DNA of 64,000 nt from Octopus vulgaris (Eukaryota). The stretch covers positions 33,976,001 through 34,040,000 of the forward strand of contig OX597824.1 of assembly GCA_951406725.2 (NCBI GenBank). Direction: 5' to 3'. The translations under genes were made by a program, and so were the position numbers. Below, piece after piece: positions 12,703-25,680 of this stretch (the first letter of the stretch is position 1; the number at the start of each line of letters is the position of its first letter). The notes under the pieces are model-generated. The model had not been told where the DNA came from. It ran no database searches and saw nothing but the letters and a program-made list of their open reading frames with translations.

Positions 12703-12953
12703 GTAAATGTCATTTTACCAAGTCACCAAAACTTCTAAACTAGATTTAACTGAAAAATTTATTTTTTAAACACAACTTCTGATGTTTTGCTTTTGATTTC
12801 TTTCTTTTTCCTGAAGTAAAAAAAATAATTTAGAATTTCTTAAATATCTTTAAAATCAATGTCCCTAGACTATGACTGAGAACATTGTGTTCAACAGTTA
12901 GAGTGGTTTTATAGTATTTAATCTTTTGTAGTAGATCGAATGTCATTAAGCCT

Positions 12954-13152
12954 ACTATATTTGATGGCATTTAAAACACTTTTTTTTTTTCAAAAAATGC
13001 CGAAAAAAAAATCACCTCTGGTCCTATATGTTAAGTTGGGCCTATATTACATGTTCTAATATGCTAAAAACTTTTCTTTTTGCTGAATATTCACTGCTGA
13101 AATTAGCTTGTATCTAACATGCCCATGTGTCTTTTATGCCATTAAATACAGT
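12954..13152. mobile_element. pogo/Tc2-like MITE
   Basis: TIRs tactatatttgatggcatttaaaacac / gtgtcttttatgccattaaatacagta. Confidence 0.55.
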
Positions 13153-13766
13153 AACTACATATTAAATTTTTCTGTGTCTTACACAGCAATGATGCTTGTG
13201 GTAACTTTACTAAATAATCACCATAGTTCAATACAGTTGTTGTTGCTTTCTTTTTTCAGTATCAGTAGTAGATATTGAATAGAACTGTTATAACCATTCT
13301 ATTTAAAAAAAGAATCAAATGTTGCATTTCATTTCAAAGTGTTAGTTTATTTGAACTTTTAAGGAGTAACAATTAGTAAAATTAGTTGTGAATACAGTGC
13401 AAAGCAGCATGTTGTATCCTTGAGCAAGACACTTTATTTCACACTACTCCAGTCCACTCAGCTGGCAAAAATGAGTTGTACATGTATTTCAAAGGGCCAG
13501 CCTTGTCACATTCAGTGTTGTGCTGAATCTTCTTGAAAACTATATTAAGAGTGTGCATGTCTATGCAGTGTTCAGCTATTTGCACATTAATATCATGAGC
13601 ATTCTGTTCCATTGATTGACTCAACTGGAACACTTATTGCTATAACTGACAGAGTACCCAATCACAGTACAAGAGTTCAATGCAAGAAATATTTTAGAGA
13701 CACAAATTAGAGACCCTACTTATGACAAGTGATCTTTCAATTTAATTTATATAACAATTGTTTATA

Positions 13767-15203
13767 CTAGCAAATCTACCCATCTATGAGGGAGGGAAGT
13801 CATAACAGCTGTATGCATTGAGAAATGTGTAAATGGACTTGATAGATTACTGGGTGATGTCTGAGAGAAATCACATTACTGTTGGTGACACAGCATTTTA
13901 TTGCAGCTATATGACAGGTTTGTGTCTAAATGACATGTGATAACGATTCAATCATGTATCATGTGTGAATGGTTATGTATCATGTATCATGAATGGTTAT
14001 GTAGACCACTCCTTACGAAAGCCAGAGCTTCCTTTGACCACTACATAAAAAGTATTAAGAAAAAATGTTATTTAGATATACTTTTATTTTAGTTGGTCAC
14101 ACTATTTTATACTTGTTTATAACTCTTATACATTCAAAATTCACAAATTTCCCTACTTAAATTATGAATCATATTCCTTTCGATAACATCAATATGATTA
14201 CAAATCTTCTTTGTAGATGATACTTTCTATTTGGTCAACACTAATTTTCAAATTACTGGAGTCCATTGCTCTACTCATAGCAACATATAACTGGCCATGT
14301 GTAAACATTGGAGTGGGTAAAGATACACATCCACAATCTAAAGTCTGGCCCTGTGCCTTGTTTGCTATGAATGTGCGAGCAGATTCTTTAGGAATCTGCC
14401 CATTGACGATGGGAAATAAAGGGATAGTATCGCAAATCTAACCCTATAAACTCATGAACTATACGGGGGTGGAGGTAAATCCAAAGTTAATCCACGTTGC
14501 CTGAATTTTAACAAAACATATCAAAAGTGATTTATTAATCCAAACCTTAATATTGGTAATTGTTCAGTTTACAAGCATAAAAAAAAAGTAAATAGAAATT
14601 AAGTGGGAGTGGGTCTTCAGCTGAATAGAGAGAGTTTCTAAGAAATGTTTCTTAGTGGAAGTACCTAATTGTTCTGAGCAGACTTTGACAGCATTAATTC
14701 AATGATGGATTCTGCCAAGGAGTCACATAGTACATGATGGCTGTTGATTATACCATAATATTGGAATTTTAAATGGTGGCGCATACACTCACAAGATGAT
14801 TGTACATAAAGAAAATATCGGAAACATGAGGATGTGTGTTAAATGCAAATTATGCCATCAATTCAGTACTTCAGAGGCTTTGTTTCATATTTGTACAAAT
14901 TTATATGGCATAATTCAGTGGAGAAGAATAAGATATTTGTTCACTGTTTGGATGCTGTAACAGCTGTGTATGCAGTATGATTAAAAGTAAGTTATCTCCC
15001 CCTGGATTTTTATTTACTTTTTTTACGCCCATAAACTGAACAATACCCACTAAATAATCATACTTTTTCACATTTTTTTTCACTAAAAACCTTCCTGGTT
15101 ACCTCCTTCATAATCCCCAAAAACATTATGACCATTGGTCCAGCTGTTTGACCGTGAAAAGGGAACAGACAGACAGATGAACATAAAACCTATTATAGTA
15201 TGA
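13767..15203 (-). mobile_element. Non-autonomous Helitron with helicase C-terminal relic
   Basis: Minus strand: A|TCATACTATAATAGG...ctgtctgtctg 5' end; ANKAQGQTLD...PMFTHGQLYVAMSR...IIYKEDL* (Pif1-type motifs V/VI, ~14200-14370); degenerate 3' hairpin then CTAG|T. Confidence 0.85.
14570..14890 (+). mobile_element. Merlin (IS1595/ISXO2-like) transposase fragment inside the Helitron
   Basis: EWVFS*IERVSKKCFLVEVPNCSEQTLTALIQ*WILPRSHIVHDGC*LYHNI..GGAYTHKMIVHKEN...QFSTSEALF resembles Merlin WVFGGIER..CFLVEVPDRS..TL...I..WILPG..I.SD.W. Confidence 0.8.
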
Positions 15204-15345
15204 TTAATGGAAATTACTTTTGGTTTCTGTGATTAAATTTAAGAAAAGCTCTTGCTTCCTCCCAAGTTCCCTTGTTTTTCATTGAATTTATAAATGTTTT
15301 TGCCATACTTATTTCTTTATACTAATTTTTAAAAATTATATTTAG

Positions 15346-15537
15346 GTATATTTTGGAAGATGGCTAATAGAAGGTTATCCAAAAGTAGTCTTATTTGATA
15401 TTAGCTCTGCTGCCTGGAAATTGGATGCTTTCAAACAAGAACTTTGGAAGTTAGCTGGCATTGGAATCCCTTGGCATGATCGTGAAGCTAACGATGCTGT
15501 TATATTTGGTGCCCTTGTTGCATGGTTTATTGCTGAA
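15346..15537 (+). CDS. GYS: Glycogen synthase exon
   Basis: tttag|[18 protein letters not shown]...AWFIAE|gtaagt; 192 nt. Confidence 0.95.
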
Positions 15538-17394
15538 GTAAGTAAAACTTACACCATTGTCATCAACATCATCATTATTTTTATCTTTAACATAAATGTC
15601 CGTAAATAACATGACATATGCATTCTTAATTAAAACTGAAAATAACTATTTCTGATTTGTACATTTTGTTGAAACTATATTACATCTTTATTGGTTTTCT
15701 GGCTGAACCTAAGGCAGAATCATTCCATTTGAATTTGTTATGTTGTATCTATTAATGATAGGCACACACTGATTCAATTTCACTATTTTGTTATTATTAG
15801 TCAATTGGTTAACCATCTAACCAAACAACTAATCAATTGTTTGAAGAATCATTTGATTAATCAGTCATGTATGTCACTATTTGAGACCTCTTCAATAACA
15901 TGCCCTCTTAACCAATTAATGACTAATAAAGTGAAATACAACCAGTGCATGTGTTTATTATTGGCATAATGACCCTGCCAAGATACAGCAAAATATGTTT
16001 CAACACAGAAATTCACATCAAGAATCTTGCAAGCCAGATATAAAAATGAAATATATGAAAACAATTTCTCCTCAACTGTTGAAAATAAAAATAACCAATA
16101 AATTTAGTTGATTGTAAATCGTAATAGATCACATAACTGATCATTCATGGACAAAGATTATAACTTTGCTTTGGTGTTTAAATTTTATAATGGTACATGG
16201 TTCCTGATCTTGTATTTGTCAAATGTCTCAAGTGTAGTTATTGTTTTGTCTGCATATTTTTAATCAAAGTATTTTTTTTTTTAAAGTTGTTTTGTTGGGT
16301 TTTCTTTTTTATGTATTTTCATTTTCATGCCTAAATAACATTAATTCATTTACTCAAAAAATAAAAAGAGTTTTGGAAAAAAATATTTAATGTTGTTGGG
16401 TAATCGATTATTTAATCTGCTATCTTGATTATTTTTAACAGCTGCAATTATAGATTTTTTTTAAAACTGTCATTGCAATTTTTTCATGGGTGCTGAATCA
16501 ATGATTCAGCTGAAAATTTTAGCAACATAAAACTTAGATGACTAAATATATTGCAAACAGCTCTAAATATCAGTTTGAATAAATAAGTAAATATTGGTTT
16601 CTATGTAGATTTCTTACTTTTTATTTCCTTATGACCTTCCATATGACTTAGAAGTTGACTCTGACTAATGCTGTCTTTACAGCAATCTCATGTAAATGCT
16701 AAATCAATAAAAATACAATCTATATTACAACTAAACACTGACATTTTAACTTAGTTGATCTGGTTTAAAGATTGACTACATATCTTTGTATCTTAATTAT
16801 ATTATTTTCTCCTGCTCACTGCATGACTTTTATCATCATCATCATCATTTAACACCCCTTCTTCCATGCTGACATGGGTTTGATGGTTCAATGTGAACAG
16901 ACAAGCCAGAGGGCTGCACCAAATTCTTATGTCTGTTTAGACATGGTTTCTACAACTGAATGCCCTTCCTAACAGCAACCACTTGACAGAGTGTATTGAG
17001 TGCTTTTTACAAGGTCTCAGCACTAATGAAGTCACAAAGTACCTGCAAGATAAGACTCCTCAACTGGGTGAGGTATAGAATTGTGGGATAAGGAAACTAG
17101 GATAGAGGGACAAGAGCAAGTATCTTGGTGAAGAGATGAATATGTGGCTTGCTCATCTGGAAAGAGCGAAGAGAGAAATGAGGTCAAGGTACAAAGTAAA
17201 TATGAAAGACTAAATAGGAGAGAAGAGCAGAAGTGGTTGATGTGTATGTAAGTGTACTGAGAATAGTGTGACGGATGTTTAAAGACAGGGAATGAGTTGA
17301 ACACAGATAATAATCACTACAGAGGAGTGGAAGTAAAGACAGGAAATAGGGTAACACTTCTTATTTATCACCACAAATTCTTCCCCTGCCTGCT

Positions 17395-17815
17395 CACCTG
17401 AGCAAACATTACTCTTTTCGTTCAGTAGGGGTTACAGCAAAATCTTCCTTCTGCATGGAGTTGTTCCATTCCTCTCTTATTAAAGTCTTAAAGGGTTTGT
17501 TCACAGAAACATTAAGAGGTTGCAGTGGACTTGTTAAACCATTGAGTATAAAAGCCAGTTGCATTTTTACCTCTTCAGCCTTCTTTTGTATTTTTCTGTT
17601 ATATGAACTCTAAAGTAATCCCAGACAAGGAGTGAAAGTTTTTCGTAATAAGTTTCCCTGGACTTTTTGACCAAATTTTTCAAACCAAGGTAGTAGTCTG
17701 CCCTCATGTAGCAATTCTTTTCATGTATGTAAAAGTAGACAGCACTAAATAAATGTCCTTTGGGCATTGTTTTCTAAAATTTCACACTGATGGTAATTTT
17801 GTTCCATCTGTACAG
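17395..17815 (-). mobile_element. pogo/Tigger (DDE_1) transposase relic
   Basis: DGTKLP...MPKG...SLLVWDYFRVH...ILNGLTSPLQPLNVSVNKPFK; frameshifted. Confidence 0.8.
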
Positions 17816-18419
17816 ATAGAAAATGCTAACACTATTGTATAATGTGAATTTTTAGTGTCCAGTATTTTTCACAGTAATAGTTACATATTTAACCAACTGA
17901 CAAATAATAAAGAAGTGAAATAGAACAAGAGTGTATGTTTATTATTGGCATCATGACCTGCCTAAGATAGAACAAAATGTATTTTATCTTTTATTTGCTA
18001 GGGCACCGCCTTGAAGAATTTTTAGTTGAATGTATCAACCCCAGTACTTAATTTTTTTAAAACCTGATACTTATTTTATCTATCCCTTATATTGAACCAC
18101 TAAGTTACAGGGATGTAAACACACCAGTACTGGTTGTCAGGGGGTGAGGGTGCAAACATAGACACAAACACACATGCTTAGACATATATATATATATATA
18201 TATAATTTATGTGAAATAGAAAGATGAATAATCTTGTAGTAGATTAATCAAAAGTTTAACCGATACCTTAGTAGCAAAAATCACAGCAGTAAAACAGCAC
18301 AGTTGGAGGTACAACCATATGGTGTTGCAACCGTGCGTTGGTGCGGATAATTGAAATTAGAACATTATTGGTGAATTGAAGAAATGGAGCTGATCGCAGA
18401 TTGAACAGAAATCGTTTTA

Positions 18420-18508
18420 TTTCATTCTACACGTGTTTCGAAAGGCACAAATTACCAAAATCCGATGGAATAATGGGACCATATTGTGTCTTTCTCTTCA
18501 GGAAGAAA
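18420..18508 (-). ncRNA. Type-I hammerhead ribozyme (mirror copy)
   Basis: Reverse complement of 20334-20422. Confidence 0.85.
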
Positions 18509-19100
18509 ATAGGAAATCCGTTGGAAAAACAAAAACAGAACAGAGGCGGAGCAAAAACAAATCGAACTATGCTCCTAAGAGCCCATGGCGAAACTGTTTA
18601 TCAGTGCATGTTGAGAACCGGTGGCTGAAGAATTCAACGGGTCAGGCATCGGTCAATCATGTGGGTGAGGGGGCGTAGATGTTCTTTGTGACCGAGAATA
18701 AAGTTCTGACTATTTAAGGAATATTGGATGTTTTATAAGGGGCGAGAAAAAATCTACTTAGAGACGTGTGTGTGTGTATACTGTTCTATATATGTGTGTG
18801 TTGGCGTAGGGGTAGAAAACATTTTTTGTGTACGTGTGTGCGTTTGATCGTTCGGCTGTCAGTGGCTACTGCCGTGATGACCGTTGGGTGGCAGAAAAAA
18901 AAAAAAAATTATATATCATGTTTTATGTGTGTGTGTGTTCATCTAAGCCTGCCTTGTCAAGGAAACCCCCGCTGTGAAAAAACCAAGCCCCGTTTGTCTT
19001 ACAGGAGTAATTCCCCTTGCAGTGGTTAATCGTAGATATCTTAAAGGCTATTTCAGAATTTGTTACCAAGGGCTATGGGTGCCGGTATTATTTATAAACG

Positions 19101-19440
19101 CTATTTAAAAGCCAGATAAGTGTAACGCCGCCAATGGGGGCATCGAAAAGCCGACTGTAAAAGCCCGTTTACCATCCGGCCTCTGGCAAACAAAATATGG
19201 AAGAGTTCGGAGACACAAAGGTTGCACTGCCTTCTGCCCCTATCAAATGGGAGGGCCACCGACAAAATTGACCATTCAAGCCTGTAGCTTAAGTTCATAT
19301 CCTTCAGTCGCCATATTAGCTTACTGAGTCCCGTGGTCTGGCGCTTGTTCATGTCCCGAAAAGTTGCGTAATGGTTGGAGACACGCAAAGACAATCTTGA
19401 GGATGAGGCCCCTACATAAGTGAAGACATCTGTTCCAGAG
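19101..19440 (-). pseudogene. Penelope GIY-YIG endonuclease C-terminal fragment (mirror copy 19447-19740, +)
   Basis: YVGAS..RLSLRVSNHYATFR...TGLSKLIWRLKD...EWSIL...CNLCVSE...RCPH is the typical PLE GIY-YIG tail; no N-terminus. Confidence 0.85.
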
Positions 19441-20333
19441 TGAAGATTGTCTTTGCGTGTCTCCAACCATTACGCAACTTTTCGGGACATGAACAAGCGC
19501 CAGACCACGGGACTTAGTAAGCTAATATGGCGACTGAAGGATACGAACTTAAGCTACAGGCTGGAATGGTCAATTTTGTCGGTGGCCCTCCCATTTGATA
19601 GGGGCAGAAGGCAGTGCAACCTTTGTGTCTCCGAACTCTTCCATATTTTGTTTGCCAGAGGCCGGATGGTAAACGGGCTTTTACAGTCGGCTTTTCGATG
19701 CCCCCATTGGCGGCGTTACACTTATCTGGCTTTTAAATAGCGTTTATAAATAATACCGGCACCCATAGCCCTTGGTAACAAATTCTGAAATAGCCTTTAA
19801 GATATCTACGATTAACCACTGCAAGGGGAATTACTCCTGTAAGACAAACGGGGCTTGGTTTTTTCACAGCGGGGGGTTTCCTTGACAAGGCAGGCTTAGA
19901 TGAACACACACACACATAAAACATGATATATAATTTTTTTTTTTTTTTCTGCCACCCAACGGTCATCACGGCAGTAGCCACTGACAGCCGAACGATCAAA
20001 CGCACACACGTACACAAAAAATGTTTTCTACCCCTACGCCAACACACACATATATAGAACAGTATACACACACACACGTCTCTAAGTAGATTTTTTCTCG
20101 CCCCTTATAAAACATCCAATATTCCTTAAATAGTCAGAACTTTTTCTCGGTCACAAAGAACATCTACGCCCCCTCACCCACATGATTGACCGATGCCTGA
20201 CCCGTTGAATTCTTCAGCCACCGGTTCTCAACATGCACTGATAAACAGTTTCGCCATGGGCTCTTAGGAGCATAGTTCGATTTGTTTTTGCTCCGCCTCT
20301 GTTCTGTTTTTGTTTTTCCAACGGATTTCCTTT

Positions 20334-20422
20334 TTTCTTCCTGAAGAGAAAGACACAATATGGTCCCATTATTCCATCGGATTTTGGTAATTTGTGCCTT
20401 TCGAAACACGTGTAGAATGAAA
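20334..20422 (+). ncRNA. Type-I hammerhead ribozyme (sense to GYS pre-mRNA)
   Basis: Stem I uuucuuc/gaaugaaa; CUGAAGA 20341-20347; long stem II GAAAGACACAA/UUGUGCCUUUC; GAAA 20403-20406; palindromic stem III ACACGUGU; GUA cleavage after 20414; AATAAA follows. Confidence 0.85.
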
Positions 20423-21401
20423 TAAAACGATTTCTGTTCAATCTGCGATCAGCTCCATTTCTTCAATTCACCAATATATATATATATATATATATATGTA
20501 TGCATATGACAAGCTTCTTTCAGTTTCTGTCTACCAGATCCACTCACAAGGCTTTATTTGCTCCAAGGCTGTAGTAGAATACACTTGCCCAAGGTGCCAC
20601 ACAGTGGGATTGAACCCGAACCATGTGGTTAGGAAGCAAGTTTCTTACCACACAGTCACACCTGTGTCTATCATTCAATACATATTAAGCTTCTTTCTCA
20701 TTTAAGCCAATACTTTAAAACATTTTTTGTATGTGTGCATGTTTGTGAGTGCATATAAGTAGGTATGTTTAAATTTAAAGGTCAGTCTGCTCCATGGTCC
20801 TGGCAAAGAGAATGGAGAAGGTGCCACCTCAGAGGATGGCAAGGGAGACACTCTGGAACAGCCACCCTGATTCACAGGACTTGCACTTGCAGATAACCAT
20901 CTCTGTCTTGATAACAGTGAGTAGGGATGTTATCCAAGAGCCAAGAACACCGAAGGTCTCTCCTGCCACAGGCTTGACCACAAACTTATCAGAAAGAAAC
21001 AGATATTTTGACGGTTTGCCATCTTTGGCCTGATGTGCAGTGAAACCTGGGCTGGCAACTGAACATACCAGGTATTACTTGTATGTACCCTTCTCATGAT
21101 GGTTGTAAATAAATATCAATGTCATACAAACAAGGTTGTTTCCATTCTTCCACGGAAAACATGTCTGGCACAGAAATATTACCTTGCTTGGAAACAGTGT
21201 GAGGGTTGGTGGCAGGAAGGGCATCTGGCTGCAGAAAAATCTTCTTCAACAAATTCTGTATGACCCTTGTAAGCATGGGAAACTAGACGTTAATGATGAT
21301 GGTGGTGGCAGCAGGTGCGGTGATGATGGTATGAAGAAAAATGTCATGTTGATAATATAACAGTGGCTGTAGTTCTAAATAAGTGCATTTTTTCTTTTCA
21401 G

Positions 21402-21596
21402 TTTTGCAAAAACTTACCCCATGTACCATGCAAACCAATGGTTATTGCTCACTTTCATGAGTGGTTAGCTGGTGTTGGTCTCATATTTTGCCGCACACGT
21501 TTAGTTGATTGTACAACTATTTTCACAACACATGCAACTTTGTTGGGACGCTACCTTTGTGCTGCTAAAGCTGATTTTTATAACAATTTACAAACT
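21402..21596 (+). CDS. GYS: Glycogen synthase exon
   Basis: ttttcag|FCKN...[11 protein letters not shown]...[12 protein letters not shown]...NNLQT|gtgagt; 195 nt. Confidence 0.95.
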
Positions 21597-22150
21597 GTGA
21601 GTATAACTTTATGAGCCTTAATTTACAATTGTTGTTTAGTTGTTGTTTTTTTAATGTTTTATTCAACTGTCAGTTGTGTCTTTTAAACTCTTTCTTGTAA
21701 GATTTGTTGGAGACAATGACTGTAATTTAAACCGCTGGAGTCTTAAGAAGTGTGTAATGGGGAAGCCTAGGTTGGAACAAGATGTGAAATATAAATATTG
21801 TCAACTTCATTTCTTAATATTTTGAAATATTATTTTTTTTTTTGTTTCTGCCAAGTTCCTTGAATAAATTAAAAGCTACCACTTTCATTTAACCTCTGAT
21901 TTAGCAAACAAATTATCTTCTTTATTACCAAAGATATTTTATAGTTTTTATAAGATCTCTAACTCTTTGATGTTAAATGAATTTTCTAATTACACCACTG
22001 TACTATAGGAAATGTTCTGTTTTTGACAAAAATATGGAAAATGCAATTGGGGCAGCATTTGATTAAAATAGTCAGCTATGTATCATATTTAATATATATG
22101 CCATTGATAGGCCAGTTACTGCAATATTTGTTCTGCGATAACATCTTTAA

Positions 22151-22371
22151 CCCTTTAGTGTTCACATTATTCTGCAAAAGTTAATCCTTTTTCCTCCTCA
22201 TTGTTTTGAACTAATCATGCATTATCTTGTAGCTATGAGATTTTGATGAGGTAGCTGTTCATTTTTAAAACAATATTGTAGGGTTGGTGTGAGAGACCAG
22301 ATAGGGCTCGTTTGAACATAAAACAGGTAGAATATTTTTGGCCGGATATGGCCGGTTTAAATGCTAAAGGG
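22151..22371. mobile_element. piggyBac-like MITE
   Basis: TTAA|CCCTTTAG...CTAAAGGG|TTAA; sister copy 49372-49592, partial copy ~10.6 kb. Confidence 0.8.
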
Positions 22372-22875
22372 TTAATGGATGTGCTGTGTTAAGAACACTA
22401 TAAATGTCAGAGATAGGCAGGAATTCATCTTAACAGTAGCCAGTGAGAATGCCAGATGTAGTTCAGCATTTTTGGGCCTTTTCAATGTCATGTATTTACA
22501 GCCAGCCACTTGTCTGTATATGAGAATTCATCACCTCTAATATGGGGAACAGGGAATGAAACATTCACTGATGTTGCAAATAGCTGCCCAGCTGAATAAA
22601 AGTCCAGTATTTGCAATTGAGACACAGTATTAAATTAGTATGTCCATAAGAGATGTTTTCTCAAGACAGATATTATAGTAACTAGCCTATCATACATTAA
22701 ATATAATGCATAGATAGCTATTTTACTTTTGATAGTTTTAATAGTTGTTTGATACCTTACTTCTTGGTTATATTACACTGCATTTAAAAGTTTAAATAAT
22801 CTTAAATCAAAATCATTGAATTCAAGCCTTGAAAAAATATATTTCATATGTAATTGCTGTAATTAACTCCCACAG

Positions 22876-23020
22876 TTCAAAGTCGACAAGGAAGCTGGTG
22901 ATCGTCAAATTTATCATCGCTATTGTATGGAAAGATCTGCTGTACACTGCGCACATGTGTTTACCACTGTCTCGGAGATTACTGGTTTAGAGAGTGAGCA
23001 CTTACTGAAAAGAAAACCAG
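22876..23020 (+). CDS. GYS: Glycogen synthase exon
   Basis: cacag|[20 protein letters not shown]...LLKRKP G|gtaag; 145 nt. Confidence 0.95.
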
Positions 23021-25680
23021 GTAAGACATTTGTTCTAAATATGTTAATCATATTTTCAACTTTGAAACTATAAACAGCTTGTAATAATCTTTTACTTGTT
23101 TCATCATTGGACTGTGGCCATGCTGGAGCACCACCTTGAAGAGTTTAGTTGAATAAATTAACTCCAGTATTCCAGTATTTATTTCTTTTAAGTATGGTAC
23201 TTACTCTATCAGTCTCTTTTGTCAAGCTGTTAAGTTACAGGGACATAAACAAATCGACAATGGTTGCCAAGTAGTGACGGAGACAATGTACACACACACA
23301 TGATGGGCTTCTTCACAGTTTCCATCTGCCAAATCTCTTTTGCTGAACTGCTAAGTTATAGGAACATAAACACACCAACACTGGTTGTCATGTGATGGTG
23401 GGGAAAACACAGACATAAAGACACACACCCACTCACACATGTATACGATGGGCTTCTTTCAGTTTTCATCTACCAAATCCATGCGCGAGGCTTTGGTCAG
23501 CCTGAAGCTATATTAAAAGATACTTGCCCAAGGTGCCATGCAATGGGACTGAACCCAAAACCATGTGGTTGGGAAGCTAACTTCTTACCACACAACTACA
23601 TCTCCACCTATTGATTTTCATTTAATGGAATTTTTCACCTTTTATGTTTTTCTTTTATATTCATATTCTCCATGCTAGTGTGGATTGAATGTGTAATTGA
23701 ATATTGATATAATTTATTGGAGCAGTAACTATTTTTTGTTTATCAGTTTAAAGCAAGGCAGAGTAATATACACTTAAAAAAAGGTTGAATTGACATCTTT
23801 GTCACGGTACTTTAATATCATAGTCATGTGATATTTGAGTATGCTTTAAGGGTCAGTGAATGAAACTAAGTCTACCATACCCCTGTTTAACTATACTGTG
23901 AAGAAATTTTGTTGGCTCATAAGATTTAGAAGATTACAGTGACTAAGTAGAAACAAAATGGGAAAATCAGACAAAAGTTATGGCAGAAAACTGAAAATTG
24001 TAACTAAATTTTGGAAAATATCATCTTCATTATTTACTATTTGTGTGACAGGTTTTCTATGACCAGATGCCCTTCATGAGGCTAACTCTCACCTGTCCCT
24101 AGGTGAGGTAGTATTTTCCCCACTTCTGTTAAACGAGGCATGAGAGTTTTACACACACATATACATACGACGGGAACTTCCGTATACCAAATTCAATCAC
24201 AAGGCTTCGGTTGGCCTGAGGCAATAGTGAAAGGCATTTGTCCCAGGTTCCATACTGTGGGTCTGAACCTGAAACCCTGTGGTTAAGAAACAAGCTTCCT
24301 AACCACACAGCCATGCCTGCACCTATCAAGAAAAAAAACAAAAAAATGTTTTCAAATATTTGCACAAGCATGGCTGTGTAGTTAAGAAACTCACTTTGTA
24401 ACCTCATGGTTTTGAGTTCAGTCACAATGCACAGCATCTTGGACAAATGTCTTCCATTATAGCCCCGGGCCAACAAATGCCTTGTGAGTGAATTTGATAG
24501 ATGGAAACTCTGTGTGTGTGTTCTCCCCCATGCTGTTGTCAGTGTTGGTTTGTTTACATCCCTGTAGCAGCAATTCAGCAAAAGAAACTAATAGAATAAG
24601 TACCAAACTTTAAAAAAAAAAAGAAACTACTGGAGTCAGTTTGTTCAACTAAACCCTTAAAAGTAGTGCCCCAGTATGGCCACAGTCCAGTCACTGAAAC
24701 AAATAAAAGATAAAGAAAAATGTAATTTGCTTTGTGATGTTAAATATATGAGAATAAATAAAGAGATATTTCTGTAACGAGGTGTGTCATTAATTGATCA
24801 GGTTTCTCTTAACAATCAACCTGCTCTGCTCCGTAAGCCTCTCTCTACCTTGTGAAAATGTTTTGTTTTAGTTTTTGTGAAATATGAGGTACAGATATGA
24901 CTGTGTATTTAAGATCACATTGTTTTGGGTTCAGTCCCACTGTGTGACACCTTAAGCAAGTGTCTTCTGCTATAGCCCCAGAACAACCAAAGCCTTGTGA
25001 ATGGATTTGGACTTGATGGATTGAAACTGAAAGAAATCTATCACGAGTGTGTATGTATGTGTTTGTTTGTGATTTCATATTTCCCCTGTATCTTCTCATA
25101 CATTTCATTCACTGATTGCAAACAATGGTTTCCCTAACAATGTCATTGGCTTCCAATCTGCTACCAAAGATTTATCCAAGCTTCTTGTTGTGTCTTGGCA
25201 TGTTGTACAATCTTTGTAAACAAAAGGTGTATGTTTGGGCTATTTGTTGTTTGATATGTGGGTTGGTAATAGGAAAAGCATCCAACATATTCTCATCTGA
25301 CACTTACAAGCATGGAAAAGTAGATGTTAAAATGATGATGATGATGGCAGTGACAGTAGTGATGGTGATGATGATTTGTTAAGAATTAACTTTGTTTCTT
25401 GTTTATATTGAAAGAAATGATGAAAAGTTGAGTAGTGGGCTTACTAACACCTAATTCTTGCATAACTTAATGGATTGCATTTTGTTATAAGCATTTGGGA
25501 CAGTGTCTAGCCTAGGGAAATCTTTCCACACTTCTTCCAACCATTTACAAAAACTGGAAAGGTCCATGAGCACTGCTCTTCCTTCTTTCACTCAGCAGTA
25601 AAAAAAAAGAGAAAGAGAAAACTCATGTATGATTGCCTCTGTGTGTGTAAGTGTATTCATAAAGCTGTTTTATTTTGTAG

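Larger units (their letters stand above)
18203..20476. mobile_element. Penelope-like element 3' end as a ~1-kb inverted duplication
   Basis: Arms 18366-19398 and 19443-20476 differ at only a handful of positions; 44-nt spacer; unique tail 18203-18365; GIY-YIG remnant and hammerhead in each arm; (TA)n flanks. Confidence 0.9.
17995..20668 (-). mobile_element. Family A SINE split by the Penelope-like insertion in its internal (TA)n
   Basis: SINE tail at ~18.0-18.2 kb and SINE head at ~20.50-20.67 kb are collinear across the insert. Confidence 0.75.

Noticed and set aside
18566-18610. Second hammerhead-like string cuaaga-gcc-cau-ggc-gaaa-cug-uuuau-cag-ug
   Set aside because: The core lacks the conserved CUGA, the cleavage position would be G, and it is antisense to the element.
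18401-19029. Short ORFs duplicated on both strands in the inverted arms
   Set aside because: No recognisable domains; they lie antisense in the Penelope 3' region and are duplicated only because of the palindrome.
20794-21060. Minus-strand ICKCKSC cysteine cluster, possibly a transposase C-terminus
   Set aside because: Short and frameshifted; the family cannot be assigned without a search.
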